From assembly GCA_964016885.1 (NCBI GenBank), contig OZ024740.1, positions 223,386,001 to 223,450,000 of the forward strand: 64,000 nucleotides of DNA, read 5' to 3'. A program made the translations under genes and the position numbers. This DNA is from Eledone cirrhosa. Lineage: Eukaryota. Under the pieces are notes generated by a model that was not told where the DNA came from, did not search any database, and was given only the letters and a program-made list of their open reading frames with translations. How positions within the stretch are numbered: position 1 is the stretch's first letter; each line of letters opens with the position of its first letter. Shown piece after piece: positions 1 to 14,084 of this stretch.

Positions 1-1679
1 AAAACTAGCACCTACTTTAGCAGGGAAAATGTCCTTAAAATGCATGTTGATTAACTCACAAGTTAGATAGGATCTGCAAGACTAGCGCTTATTTCAGCAA
101 TGAAAATGGCCTTAAAATACTTGATTAGTTCACAAGTCGGTTATGTGACAAGAGATTTTCCAATCGTGACTAGCTCACTTGCTTGGGTATACCATCAGCA
201 AGATGTTATTTCTTTTTTAAGGCAGTAGGGTAACTTCAAATATATTTGGGTGTTAGTTTCAGCTGGTCAATCATATAGGAGCTACATCTTGTACTTTTAG
301 TATGTCAACATAAAATATTTATATTTAAAAAATTTCTATCTATGCTACGTGTTGTAAAAAGAATATTTTCAATATGGTTGCTGTTGAACTGACAGCCATT
401 TAATTTCTTTCGAATAGTTAGCCCAGATCAATGTTGCTATAATGCATTCAGATACATTGTGAGTTGAGGCCTAATACAATAAGATAAATGAGGATATCGG
501 TTTAAAACATTTGTCAGATAAAAAGCAATCATCTTTTGTATGTTTTCTTCAGGAGAATGACCACCCAGAATTGGATATACAGTGGACAGATTAGAAACTG
601 ATATAATGGTCATATATCATGTTTGAATGTTGAGAAATTTGATTGATCAGTAATATCCATAGCTTTTAACCTCCATGTTATAACTGAAATGAGTATAGCC
701 AATGATTAATGGCTTTCTATGCTTAGCAGCCAACGAAGAATGATTAAATTATTCCCCTTGTTGAAACAGAATTTTTTTTTCTCTCTTCCTTTGATGAGCT
801 TCTAGACTTATGTTAATGTCTGAGATAAACATTGAGAAAGATACATTGGTTCCGTAATTTCCCAAGTGAATACTGATTCACTAGTGCTTGATCAATTTGT
901 ACTTCCCTCTACCTGCTATAAATTGTCACACAATATTCTTCAAATAATCATTCTGTGAATTGACAAGACATGAATCAAATTTCTAAGAATGGCTTTTCTT
1001 TATTCTTTTCAGGTTCTAATGTTCTTTATCAAGTATAATTAAATTTCTTCTTGGTTTTTCTATTTTCTTTTCAAAAAGTACGTTTAAGTATTTATCTTTT
1101 TCAGATACTGGAAATAATAGTACTTCTGATGTTTTTCTATCCTCCTAGAATATCAATTCCTCTTTACGTAAGATTAGTTTGCATTAGAATTAAATTGCAA
1201 CATTCAACTAATAAATCTAACTTAGCATACACAAATAGTTTAATTATTACAAATATTAAAATATTGCAAAAATACAATTTTAGAATCTACTAGCTAACAC
1301 TATGGACAGGCCATGGTTTAATTAGAAATAACCACAAAATATTACAGATAAAAATGTCATTTAATTGTTTTATTTATAAGTTATATTATGCACACAAATA
1401 ATATAAACATTACCATGTAAATTCAACAAATGACTGAAACTCACTAAAATAGAATATTTCAATAATATATAACTTGAGGATAAACAACATTTTACATAGA
1501 ACATAGGGTTGAAAGAAATGTTGACAACACTACCTTATTTCTTTCTTTCTCTCTCTCTCACAGACACACTTACCATTCTCTTTCCATAAAGACTTGAGAT
1601 TAAAAAATAAGAAATGTTGGCGTTTGGTGCTGCCATCTGCACCATTAGTATTTCCATAAAACATACACGGCAAAAATCG

Positions 1680-1845
1680 CCCACTACTCACTCTAAATGG
1701 TTGGCGTTAGGAAGGGCATCCAGATGTAGAAACCAGGCCAAAATCAGTTCTGTGTGAACAAGACATGGTCACCTGACCTAGCATTGCTCATAACAGGACA
1801 ACTCATCTAACCTATGCTACTGTGAAAAATGGACGTAAAATGGTG
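1680..1845 (+). mobile_element. SINE family B / RTE-tail fragment
   Basis: GGTTGGCGTTAGGAAGGGCATCCAG...AAAAATGGACGTAAAATG matches the 3' part of family B. Confidence 0.7.
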
Positions 1846-4800
1846 TGGTGCTTTAAGCAGATGATAAATTCATTTTCATTTTGAGAGAACATCTGTCTAT
1901 GACAGGTAAAACTCCCAGATGCAGTGGTCAGGGCTATGCAAAGCTGGTAATAGGTCCAAGCCAGACATAAATTGTAGACACCTCACTTCCACAAATGGGT
2001 ACCATATCCAAGCTATAGGTAAATTGTAGGCACTGAATTCGGTAAAAAGTCCATAGAAAATGTAAAATGTTACCCTTCCATTCACCTTGTAAAAAGGCCC
2101 AGTTTAAATGTAAAATGAAGCACTCCTCCCACCAAGCTGGTCATAGATTCAGGTCACTTATGAAACAAACTATTTCAAACTGTTCATTAAACACTTTAGT
2201 AATTGGCACCAAATATATATGATGTAAATGTGTGTACTGAGTATATAAATTGGACATAAATTGGTACAAGATGTATTTGCAAGAGAACAGGTGAGCAGGT
2301 ACCCTCAAAATCATAGGTCCATGCTACCTGGTTCATATGTCTCCACTCCACCCCACCCCTCTTCTGGCCTGGTTATGATATGTATATATCTGATATATAC
2401 AAGAACCAAACATGTATAAAACAGTATCTTAAGATAAGCAAATAGACATCAACAATATATTGAAGCTCAAATCCTAAGACATTATATTCTTCTATCTTTT
2501 AAACTCACTCATGTCACTGTATATTACATTTTTTTTTCAGTATAAGAACATTAAAGTAAAAGTGTGTCAATATTGTTATACTTTGGGAGGTTCATGCTGT
2601 GAATAAAGAAAGCATGCACCTGTTGAGTTTCACTTCAATTTATTTTAATATTCATCAGTTTATTAGTTTGATAGCTCTTTAGTTGATCGTTAAAGCACTT
2701 TCGTCACACATTATGTGACTTCTTTTGTTACTTTGTATTTCATCTTCGATCTGCTTTTCCACCATCTTGTCTTTGTGAGCTTTGCACTTGTTTTATTCAT
2801 TTACTAGTCTTTGTTATCAGACAATGGTAATGTTGATCTTCATCCTAAATGGCATAGTTTATTATATTGGGCCCAGTGCTTGACTGGTACGTATTTTATC
2901 GATCTCAGAATATGAAAGACGAAGTCAACCCAACTAAAAATCAAGACATAACTAAATAGCAGCAGCTATAGTATCTCGTGTTCTACTGATATAGTCTTCT
3001 ACCATCCTATATTAAATTTCTTCCATAACTTTATGATTCATCATATTTACTAAATTATGGTGTTTGGTTGGTAGAAAGAGTAAGAACACAAGATTAGCTA
3101 TTTTGTTGCAGGTAGTTTTAAACATTTAAGAAATTATCTTTTATGTATTTCTAATATATTTTGGTTTTAATAGATGACTAAAAGGGTTGGTACCAAGAAG
3201 GGTATCCAACTGTAAAACATGAATAGCATGTGTCTATTGTGACACCTGCAATAATAACTACGTCTTTAGTAGGGAAAATGGCCTTAGAAGTCTTGTTGCT
3301 GTTGTTATGATAGTATATTTAGGTTGAGTCTCAGCATCTTTCTTTAATAAAATGTTATCATCTGAAAGATAGAAATATTATCTACAAAATCCCAATTAGT
3401 GTTGTATAATATATGAATGCTCCATCAGTTCTAATCCTGACATAGTTAGCTTTGCATTTCAGCTGCTCAAGTTAAGAAACATAGTACCAGTCCAAGGTAG
3501 TGGATTTTTAGAATGTTTCAAGAATTGGACATGTATCTCCTCTGGCTCATTATGCTCCGAGTTCAAAGGTATCCGACCCACATATGATCAACATAGAGAG
3601 GTAGGCTTAAAACCAGGCATAATCAGAGAGGCTCCATTCAGCTGTGAATTAAAAATGGCTAGGTTGAAATCTATTTGACTTGAGTCAATCAATTACTTCC
3701 TTTCCAGTTATAACAATTATTTTACGTTTTGAGAGAAAACAATATTTACAACAAATATCACAATGACATAGGTAATATGTGAATATGTGGTAGATGTCCA
3801 TAAGTAGGTAGTTGTCAAAATCATTATCTAGATCGATAAAAGCAAAGCACAATAATGTTTGCAATTATCACACCTGAAATAAAGCATCTGTGTTTTCTTT
3901 CTCTAGTATAAATCTAAACTATACCATATCTAGTAAGATCATATCTAAGATCAACTTTGCTATAGCTCTCTCAATTATTATTGTCAAGAATAATTCTAAA
4001 CTACAACATATTCACGTCTAACTTTTGTATAGCTCTCAATTACTTAAATTGTGAATCACTGTGGGACCTCCATAATTGCGTTTCTTATGTCATTGCAACA
4101 GATTTCAGTAAATACTATTACATTGGTTATTGGAGATAATACTTTCCTGAACTACCACTTAAACCAGTGACTGGCATTATAATTTCAGTTTCTGTATTTC
4201 AGCTGAAGAATAATAATTGTTTTTGATACCGATACAAATTCTATGCTCTAATGAGTCTGAAAATCTACAAGAAGAGCAAATTCAACAATCTGGTACTTGT
4301 TGGCTACTCTGGTCTGGTTTAGCAAGCTCAATAAAACTATTACTAATGGTATATTAATATACACCAGTAATACGATGTGATTATTTCAATTCAATATACT
4401 ACCTTTTTCTAAAATTAAAATGGTCTCATAAAAAAATCAATATCAGCTCAAAACAATGAATAGGGGGATAGAAAGGCAATGTTATGGTGTATAAATGTAA
4501 TAGACGGTTTATGTGTGTGCATACATGACTCTGCATAAATTAAAATACTTTCATTAGAGATAGTAACAAAATATTGCCAATATAACATCATTAGATTCTA
4601 GAACCAAATTATAAGATTCTTCTATGAAGTAACTGACTATTTCCTTCTGTATGCAGTTACTGAAAAGGAATATCTACACATTGAATGGGGAAAGTAACCT
4701 GTTCTACATTAATCTGACTTTTCAGACACAAAGGTGATAAATCATTTTCTTTTTAGAATTACTAAAAATATATCGTACATGTATAGATATATGAAGAATA

Positions 4801-5907
4801 TTTTTACAATATGACAGATAATTTTGAAAACATAAATTTGTCTCCTATGTGTAACAATAGATAATTAATGAACATGTATAAATAAATAAATGAAAGAAAT
4901 ATACAAATTTATGAAACATAAGCTAAATCCACCATGTTTGCATTAGGTTAAAGTGAATCATAATTTTGCTCATGCTCAATCACTATACATAATATCAAAT
5001 AAGGCATTGGTTTGAAAAAAGGAAAGAAAAGAAACTGAAAAAGAATATATTTTCCTTGTTTATTTCATTTGTCAAAACGAGAATCTAAATTTCATCCAAA
5101 CACTATAAGAATTTGCTTTTATCTCAGTGAAGAGAGAAAGCGTGTGTGTGTGTATATACACTCTCACCCCCCAATATCTTTGTCTCTTTCTCATTTTTTA
5201 CCAGCCACTTCTGTTACTATGTACACTCCCCATCAACCCATATATTAGTTCTCTTTCTGTCCCTCTTTTATTCTATCTTCCCTTCTCTTTATATGTTGCA
5301 AAGTGTGATACCAGAATAACTAAACAACACATCAAGTATTTTATAATACATTCTTCTTATTGCTTTATTTGGAAATCTGGCTTCTGAATCACAAGCAAAA
5401 TCTTAATTACATAAATATTCACTATTTGAAAAACCTGTTGATGGGGGAGCATTTGCATGGTAGCTTGACCTGCTAGAATTAGCAGGCCAATACCAACCTA
5501 CTGGAATCTTAGCTAAAGGAATAATTTTCAATTTAATGTTTCAGATATTGTGAAATGGCTGGAAAATATTAAGATTAAAAATGGGGAAAAATAAACTTCT
5601 GGCAAGTGTAACTTACACTGACATTGAGTCAGTTTAAAATGAAGCCTTCAGTTATACCTATAAAATGCCACTTACTGATCTCTGATCACATGATTATTAT
5701 GGAGTTGTAGGGGTACCATCAGAGGCATTTATAGCCAATTGGTGGCCAAGCCTGTTTAGGTTTGGCCAGAGTCGATTTCTCAAAGAGAGAAATCATAAAG
5801 GAGAATCGACTCCAAAAGAATGAAGGAAAAATTGCGCTTCAAAAATATATGAACTCAAAGGGCAAGGGAACGGAATGAATACTTCAATGCATACTTTCTG
5901 TTGCTTT

Positions 5908-6130
5908 AATCATCATCATCACCATTTAACATCCATTTTCCATGCTAGTGTAGGTTAAATGAGTTGTCCCATTGTGAGACATGTCAGATCAGACGAGCAT
6001 GACCTGCTCATACAGAACTGGTTCTGGCTTGGTTTTTATGACGGGCAAAATCCCTAACACCAACCACATTAACCGTGTGTATTTGGTGTTTTTTGTCATG
6101 ACACCTACACGACCACTTTACTGTGTGGGC
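5908..6130 (-). mobile_element. SINE family B fragment
   Basis: CATCATCATC...TTTAACATCCATTTTCCATGCTAG...CCCTAACACCAACCAC matches family B in reverse. Confidence 0.65.
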
Positions 6131-7059
6131 TGGGCACTAATGGCAGTTCTGATTCTTCTGATAAGATGCCACAGAAAATATAATAGAAATAAACCTGAGT
6201 ATGAGTGAATATTCTTCATTTCAAATTGTTTAAAGAAAGAACTTCACATAAACATAATAGAATTCATTATTCTCTACTTATTTCTCACTAAAAATAAACC
6301 AGTTCAATTTTATTGAATTTTGACAGGTAGATAAAAGAAATACAGACTGCTGATTTGTACCCTACATACAACTGAAGGTCACCAGAGCAACCATAAAACA
6401 TGAGCTTACAGACACAAAAAATACAATTTTTTTTCCTAGATTTCTAAATTCATTTAACAATGCCCTAACTATTCAGAATGGACTCAATATTGGAATTATT
6501 TATGTTTGGAACAACTTGACAGGAATCAATACTGACAGCTTGCTGAGCTTCTTCAAGGCAAATTGGTCTTTCGCTAGAAGTAACATGAAAAAAAAAAAAA
6601 AAAAAAAAATCAATAAGAGCAGGCCAAGTAGAATTTTTGGGGAAAGATTCTGAATGGTAGACTGTCTGAATTGCAAAAAAAAAGAGAAGAAAATCAATTT
6701 TCTATGTGTCATATGAAGTATGCCAATATTTTTCTATTTTAGCAATATATATCATTCTAAAATAAAACTATATAAAACTTAGAGACAAGAATTATGTGGT
6801 TTACTTAGGGTTGATTGTGTTTATTTTCTTGCACCTAAAAAAAAAAAAAAATCAATATTTGCAGTTTATAAAGGAGATGGTATGCATGCATGGTCCGTAA
6901 CTGCTGAGTGAGTTATAGGGAAGCATATTGACATGCAGAATTTCTAGGGCATTTTAAAACCTGGCCTAGCCCAATCCTATCCAGGCCTGAGTACAGCAGA
7001 TTTCTTGTAAAGAAGGACAGGGGCAGTGAGAAAGTCATATAGAACAATGGACCACAGAA

Positions 7060-7200
7060 TGTGATTGGCACTTTTTTATCAACCCCAAATTAATGAAAGG
7101 AAATGTTCACCTTGGTGGGATTTGAACTCCGAGAGCAGAGAGTTGAAATGATATAGCAAACCATTTTTTCTGACATTCTAATAACTCTGCCAATTCATTG
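7060..7200 (-). mobile_element. tRNA-derived SINE, family A (old copy)
   Basis: ATGAAAGG...GGGATTTGAACTC...CTGCCAATTCA matches family A in reverse. Confidence 0.65.
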
Positions 7201-7699
7201 CCTAAAGGAGATAGTATAGGTTTTAGTTAAATGTAAAATTTATATACTAAAAGGACACCATCTATTTGATTTTTCCATAACTACTCCTTTTAAAATGAAA
7301 ATATAAGCTTAGCTTCAAATTAATTTAAAAAAAAAAAAAATTAGACAGGAGAGCTATTTTATTCAAAACAACAAAAACGAAATATTTTATAAAAGTTATC
7401 TTATGTTATCTTAAACTGATATTTTTCTTATGGTGCAAATATAAATTTAAAGTAGCTATAGAATTATCTTCATTTGCACTCAAGCAAGTGTTTAGATAGA
7501 TAAATTAAAAAAGAAATTACTACTCCTTTTTGGGTGTTTTAGGGACAATAATAGATATGGCTGATGATAATTGGGTGAAGAAGTGTCAGTAGTTCTCAGT
7601 GGAAAGAAGATAAGATAAAGGCGAGCTAAAGAAGACTTGGGAAAGAATGTTAATTGTTAACTAGTATGCTGAACTTTATAAATGAGATATTAGAAGACT

Positions 7700-7960
7700 T
7701 AACATCATGCAAGCATAGGGAAACAGATGTAAAAAAAGATGGTCTTGGTATTGATGATGATAAGTATGGAAAAACAAATTTTAAAAATGTTGATTTTGAT
7801 GATGATGATTTTGATGATGATGATTTTGATGATGATGATTTTGATGATGATGTTCTTGATGATGGGGCTAATTATGAAACAAGCATGGACAAAATGGGAA
7901 AAAATGATGATATTGATGATAATGGCGAGGATGAGGATATTTCTATTGGTGATAGTAATG
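7700..7960 (+). repeat. (GAT)n-rich low-complexity tract with embedded RTE/SINE 3'-tail modules
   Basis: GATGATGATTTT repeats and recurring AAGCATGGAAAAACAGATGTAAAA-like motifs. The Asp/Met/Ile-rich ORFs here are artefacts of the repeat. Confidence 0.8.
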
Positions 7961-7963
7961 GAG

Positions 7964-8093
7964 ATAATTGTTTCTACTTTTGACACAAGGTCAGCAATTA
8001 TATCAGTGAATTACTGGTACTTTATTTTATCGACCCCGTATGGATAAAAGGCAAAGTTAACCTCGGCAGGATTTGATCTCAGATCATAAAAGG
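7964..8093 (-). mobile_element. SINE family A (5'-truncated)
   Basis: TTGTTTCTACTTT...CTGGTACTTTATTTTATCGACCCCGTA.GGAT.AAAGGCAAAGTTAACCTCGGCAGGATTTGA. Confidence 0.85.
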
Positions 8094-8184
8094 AGGTAAC
8101 TCTATGATGGAGATAATGTTTGATGATAAGGCTGACAATGAAAATGTTAGAGATGATGATCGATCTAAGCAGGGAAAAACAAAT

Positions 8185-8562
8185 TGTAGTGTCTTGTTTA
8201 TTTCCTTATGTGCATATGTAATTGAACAAGGAACAGTAGTTTACAAATTTCTATTTTGACACATTGAAGCACAATAAACTGTAGAATAGTAGATCTGTTG
8301 AACTGAAATGAACATGTAATAATAACACTGAAAGTAATTCTGTTATGACAGAAAGAATCTTGTACTCTTCAAACTGATAGACTCTACTTCAGATCTGTTG
8401 GATAGAATTGTGTGCCCCAATTTAGCTGAAGCATAACATATAATAAAAAAAACAAGAGAACACTGGAAACGTGTGATTGTGATATGGTTGGCTTTCGTTA
8501 AATAATTAACCAATTACACAGCAATTGTTAGATAGCCCTCAATACGAGTTCAATATGTGACA
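8185..8562 (-). repeat. 3' LTR of the Gypsy-type element
   Basis: Aligns colinearly with 10385-10748 (5 mismatches in the first ~96 nt, more diverged further in). Confidence 0.88.
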
Positions 8563-10384
8563 CATGCCACCTCAATAAGAAAGTCGATTCAGTGGGTTAC
8601 TCTTTCTGTTAGACTGCCAGTTTATTCCTATCATCATGTCATCAAGTCTGTGTTTTTGAGGTTTGAACTTCGTCGGTTTCTTTACAATGATGCTGTAGTC
8701 ATCGTTGCTTGACATTGATTTAATTCTGTTATGGGTAAACTGACAATTTCCCATCGATGGGAGCAACTGGTCAAAACTCGTTATACAACTTTTGTTTTCG
8801 TTTGTAACGATTGCAGTATTTGCAACTTTCTGTGCAAGAAATATGACAGGACTTGCTTTATTCAGGCACTTGTTGCAATACCAGACATTAGTAAATCATG
8901 GATTGCAGCTGGTGCATAATGGTCTTCCAAGTAACTTTTCACCAGGTGAAGCAGATTTCCTTCTTGATCTAGATTGATGATTGAGAAGAATTTGCTGGAG
9001 TTATGGATACCAATCACCAATGATAGGATTTCTTGCAGATAAGGGATGCTTGATGGTTTGAACAGCTCGCTTGGCAATGTCCATTTGACTGTGGATGCCA
9101 AGGATCGATAAACAATCTTTCAATGTGGTAAAGTCCGGAGTGTTGTCTGGTATAACAGTTTTGGCAGTCCAAAATGACTGAAAGGACAACAAACACTTTT
9201 GTATGTTTTCTGTTTTGCATGGCATGCAAGGCATGGCATTGATATAATTGAAATAAGAATCGATGACAATGAGTAAATTACCAGTGTGGCTCATAAAAGC
9301 CCAGTCCATGTGAATATGCTCCCATAGGCCATCTTTATTCCATGTCATTGTTGATTCATCTCTCAGAATTCAATTTTGTTGACAATCATCACAATTGGAA
9401 ATTAATGTAGGCCACCAGAATTCAAGAGAAATCTTAATGTTTGTCGTGACTGTTGCGAAGCAGTGTTATGTATTTAGTAAGGAACAAACATTTTCGTTAC
9501 CCAATATAGAATTCTGTCACGTTTGAAAAAGAGGTTGCACTTATTTCACAAAATCTATTTTCCAGATATGACCATGCATTTGATTCACTGAATATGTCTG
9601 TTGCCTTCTGTAATTCTTTTCACACAATTGCTGTACTTGACTCTGAATGGAATGTCATTCACTTACTCAACTGCAAAGAATTTCCTCATCTGCATCTTGG
9701 CATTGCATCAACTCCCATTGAGGGAGACAAGTTCAAATATTGGTTTTTTCAGCAGTGTGACTGATAAAAATCATGATTCAATCTTGGTGAATTACCTTGT
9801 GAAGTTTTCTGGTACTTTTACAAAACTTTGCATAATAGCCTTTCTTGCCACAGTTTTTACAAGTAGCTTGGAAAGCAGGACATTTGTGCTGTATGGACTA
9901 CGATTTTCAACAATCGTAATACGATTTATCATGTAAATTCTTTCTTTTGTTTTGTTTAGTCGTTTTGGAACAAGCAATAACCTCCTTTTTTGAATTGTTA
10001 CAACATTTGTATATTTGCAAAGAACGCTGTCGAAATTGTACTGTAGCTTGCAAATTAAATTCGCTAACTTCATTAGCTTGAAAAAAGTTTTTGTTCTTTC
10101 GGCCAATATCAGTTTCTTTGAAGGAGCAACATGAGTGAGAATCGAATTTTTTAGATCGGCATAAGTCATCTTCATGATATTCTTCAGAATGTTACAAATG
10201 GACAAACTTTAATGCTTGTATTCTGACCAAAGAAATAAATTTCATGGCCACCATCTTGTATGCTATCCTCCACTTCGTCCATGAAAGCCTTTGCTTCAAG
10301 GGCCATGAGCAAGTTGGTGACATCTTCAACCGACTTCAGGTTTATGTCACCAAAAAATTTTCCTTGCCCTATCAGCGATGCCAT

Positions 10385-10748
10385 TGTTGTGTCTTGTTTA
10401 TTTCCTTATGTGCATAGGTAATTGAATAAGGAACAGTAGTTTACAAATTTCTATTTTGACACAATGAAGTACAATAAACTGTCAAACAGTAGAACTGATG
10501 AGCTGAAGTAAGCATGTAAAAATAGTAATACTGAATATAATTCTATGGTGACAGAAAGAATTGTGTACTCCTCAAACCGTCAGACTGTACTTCAAACCTT
10601 TTGGATAAAATTGTGTATCTCCATTTAGATGAAGCATAATATATAGGCAAAGAAACATGTGATTGTGATATAGCTGGATGTCATTAAATAATTAAACAAT
10701 TACACAGCACTTGTTAGATAGCACTCAATACAAGTTCAATATGCAAGA
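10385..10748 (-). repeat. 5' LTR of the Gypsy-type element
   Basis: Aligns with 8185-8562; followed in element orientation by a TGG-initiated PBS-like sequence. Confidence 0.88.
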
Positions 10749-10907
10749 CAGATGTAAAAAGAATGATGATATTGATTAAGTTGTTACCGATGATGATTAA
10801 ACAAGCATTTAAAAACAGATCTCAAAAAGTTGATACTGATATTATTGTTAATGATGCTGATATTAATTATGATGATGATGGTATTTAAAAATAGCTGTAA
10901 AACAAAT

Positions 10908-11039
10908 TGTAACCCATCACCTGGTATAACACTACCATCTGGCTATTTGGTACATTTAGTAGCACCCATCTTGTGTGCTAGCATTGGCAGCAGATCTCCA
11001 GGCAGAAGATAATTTCCTTTAAACTCATCTGTCTTGGAT
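10908..11039 (+). repeat. Left copy of a 132-bp inverted repeat
   Basis: Reverse complement of 14143-14274 with 6 mismatches; starts TGTAACCC. Confidence 0.9.
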
Positions 11040-11074
11040 TACTCTAATTGGTGATTCAATAATGCTTATGTTCT

Positions 11075-11710
11075 TGATTGTGATGCTGATGATGATAATT
11101 TTATCGATAATGATAATGTTGATGATGATGATGATGATGATATAGACAGTGATGATAATGCAAGTATTAAAAAAACAGATGAAAAATTATGTTCTTGTTG
11201 TTGGTGATGATATTTATGTTAATGTAGTTGATGTTGAGGATTTTTGTTATGTTGATGTTACTACTGCTGCTGATGATGGTAATGTTGATGACAAAAATAC
11301 TTATGTTGATGATGATTATGATGCAAACATGGAAAAACAAAAAAAATATGACATGATTGATGTTGCTGTTGATGATGTTGATGATTGTGATGTTGATTAT
11401 GATGATGTTGATATTCTTGATATTCTGGATAATGATAATATTGCTGCTGCTGATGATGATGATGACGATGATAGAAAGATGTTATTGATGTTGCTACTAC
11501 TGTTAATTATGATAGTGGTGTTGATGATAATGTTCATGTGCTTGGTGGTGTTGATGTTATTGATGTTGATGATGAAGATAACGATGATGTTGATCATGTT
11601 GCTGCTCGTGGTGATGATGTTGATGTTGTTGGAGAGGAAGATGATGTTAGAGATGATGTCAATAATAATGTTGAAGGTAATAATGACGACAATAATATTG
11701 AAGATGATAG
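11075..11710 (+). repeat. Degenerate (GAT/GTT)n low-complexity tract
   Basis: Long GATGATGTT-type array that explains the 228-aa, 115-aa and 69-aa ORFs. Confidence 0.85.
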
Positions 11711-12019
11711 TGTTATATTTAGATGTACACCAGATCAGTGTCACTAATCATCATTTTATGTGTTTATATATTTCCCAAAAATTTCAAAGCGATACCTTCA
11801 ATGATAAACGCGTGGTCATCAAAGCTAACTCTTGATTGATTTATTCACAAACCTATATATCAAGAAAGCGTGCTACTGCAAGTTTACCAAACAAACAGTC
11901 TTAAACAGAATGCCATTAATTGGGTATGTTTATTAGGTGAGTTTGGTGAATGAATAGAGGTAGTTTAAAGAGAGAAGTTGTTAGTCTTGCTGCAGGCATG
12001 ACGAACAGTGTTAGTGCTA

Positions 12020-12220
12020 TAATAAATGCACCAAGTACACTCTGTAAACATGTTGATGTTTGGAAGAGCCTCTAGTTGCTGAAAATATCAGAATTGAAAC
12101 ATTCTAACATTATACAATCTCCAGCTTATTTAGAATAAGAACTGACTTGGATGGTAATGAACCATACGACCCATGCCAGCATGGAAAGTGACATAAAATG
12201 TTTTGGTGATGAGGATGATG
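12020..12220 (+). mobile_element. Old SINE family B fragment
   Basis: AAATGCACCAAGTACACTCTGTAAA...CCCATGCCAGCATGGAAAGTGACATAAAATG. Confidence 0.55.
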
Positions 12221-13993
12221 TTTGTGGTGGTATTGGTAGTGGGGGTGAGAGTAGTGATAAAGATGATGATATTGGATTTATCTAAAAATCACTGATGATT
12301 AGTGAAGACAATATTCAGCAAAATATTATTTCCGAAATAAACCCCAGGAAGCAATTTATATGTATTTGCTTTATGATTGCTTTTTTTGAGAAGAGGAAAT
12401 AAACCTAAGAAATCAAAACAGAATTGCTTTTTGAGAAAATATCATACAGATAAATTATAATTTACTTTGATGTGTAAATTTTCTTTTAACTCTCATATAA
12501 GGTCAACAACTTCAAACTATGATTACTAAATAAATTATTTTTAACACTTTCGTCACCTTATTTCTTATGAAATAGACTGCCTATAGCATTCAATTAATTT
12601 TGAAAATAATAGAAAATTCATAAAGATTTAGTTATAGAACTAACTTTGTTAGTTTTATGCTGTTTGAATCATAACTTATCAAATGTTTTTACATAAAATC
12701 ATGAAATATTTCAATTTAAATAAAAATAACCTTAAGGAAAACAACTTTGTATCATAAAAGCTGGGACAGTTTAAAGCAGTTTGGAATCAAAAGGGTTAGG
12801 CTAATAAGCTCTTAATTCTCATGTTGCAAAATTCACTTATTTCAAAAATGAATAGGTCCTAACCTCACAAGTTATTCTTTATTTCAGGAATTTACAACAG
12901 CTATAAATTCGAAAACTTTTCTCTTCATAATAGCATTTAAAGTGAAACATTTTCAGTAATGTTCCTACTAACAATGAATACAGCTACCTCCTATTAATGA
13001 TCCTTTTTATATTCTGATAATATTCCTTCTATGCATTTCCATTACTAATGCAATATTTTTATTCAGTACTGTATTTTATATCTTTCATTTTCGATTTCTT
13101 TGGAAACCTTTTCATATATGAATTGCATTTGCTATAATAAACTGATACATTTTCTTTTAAGGCTGAATGTGTTGTCTACAGTCAATTTGCCTGGAGGGTC
13201 TAAAATCAACCATGAAAAGAATTATTTCATTATATTTTGATATAATGTGTCGAATTTTCTTTACAAAACGATATATATTTTTCTTCAAACTTCATACCTT
13301 GTTTTATTAGTAGGAATTTCTTAGAACTTCCTCCTCTTTTATTACAACAGAAATTATAATGTAATTCATTTTGCTTAAGCAATATACAAAACTGGAACAT
13401 TTATTCAAAACCAGACTTTCAATGAGTAATGTTTCTTTTCTTTTGTTATTGTTGCAACATAATCTTTTAGAAATTTATCATTCTAGAATCTGGAATCCTT
13501 CAGGGATTCCTTTAGAGTTACACTCATAACAAAAGACATTTTTTTTACCACCAGCAGAAACTATTCCTTGTCATACAAAACTAAGTAAATCCCTAACATT
13601 TATCTATATATACATCTGTCTATCTAAACAAATATTTATCTATTTAACTACGATTTATTCTTTCTTCATTTTTCTCTTTCACAATAGAATTTAAAAATCC
13701 TTTTCTTTCCAGATCTCACTTTGTACATACATGCCAATCTACCTTATGTACACTGTGCTCCTTTAACAACCAGGTAGTATTAGAAGGGAAAATCTTCGAA
13801 ACGTTGATAACCACATAAAATATGTTTAAATATTTATTCAGATAACAATCAAGGTTCAGTATCAAAGTTAAATGTGGTAACCTGTTTTTAATTCTAGAGT
13901 TGACTATTTAATTATTTATCACCATAATTTTATTTCGTAATTTTAGGTTTAGGTACCCTTTTTCTAATTAGCCATAGCATTAAACTATGGACA

Positions 13994-13995
<2 letters not shown>

Positions 13996-14050
<55 letters not shown>

Positions 14051-14084
14051 GTGTGTGTGTGTATGTGTGTGTGTGTGTGTGTGT
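13996..14084. repeat. (GA)n(GT)n compound microsatellite
   Basis: Direct inspection. Confidence 0.97.

Larger units (their letters stand above)
8185..10748 (-). mobile_element. Degenerate, internally deleted Ty3/Gypsy-type LTR retrotransposon (gag remnant + integrase remnant, no RT/RNaseH seen)
   Basis: Direct repeats 8185-8562 and 10385-10748 (TGT...; left ends TGACA). Near-TSD CAAAT (8180-8184)/CAGAT (10749-10753). PBS-like TGGCATCGCTG one base inside the right LTR on the minus strand. Gag-like YADLKNSILTHVAPSKKLILAER, integrase-like WEHIHMDWA...LLIVIDSY...VIPDN, and C-terminal SNRKSNPLNRLSY* ending just before a purine-rich tract and the left LTR. Many stops and frameshifts. Confidence 0.88.

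Noticed and set aside
3460-3642. Minus-strand frame with a single in-frame TGA after Cys (possible selenocysteine)
   Set aside because: No known selenoprotein motif and no SECIS identified; the frame mirrors the open plus-strand frame.
11149-11835. 228-aa Asp/Met-rich ORF (and the 109-aa Asp-rich ORF at 7654-7983) resembling acidic biomineralisation proteins
   Set aside because: Arises from GAT microsatellite fields with retro-tail modules; several frames and both strands are open; no signal peptide or splice structure.
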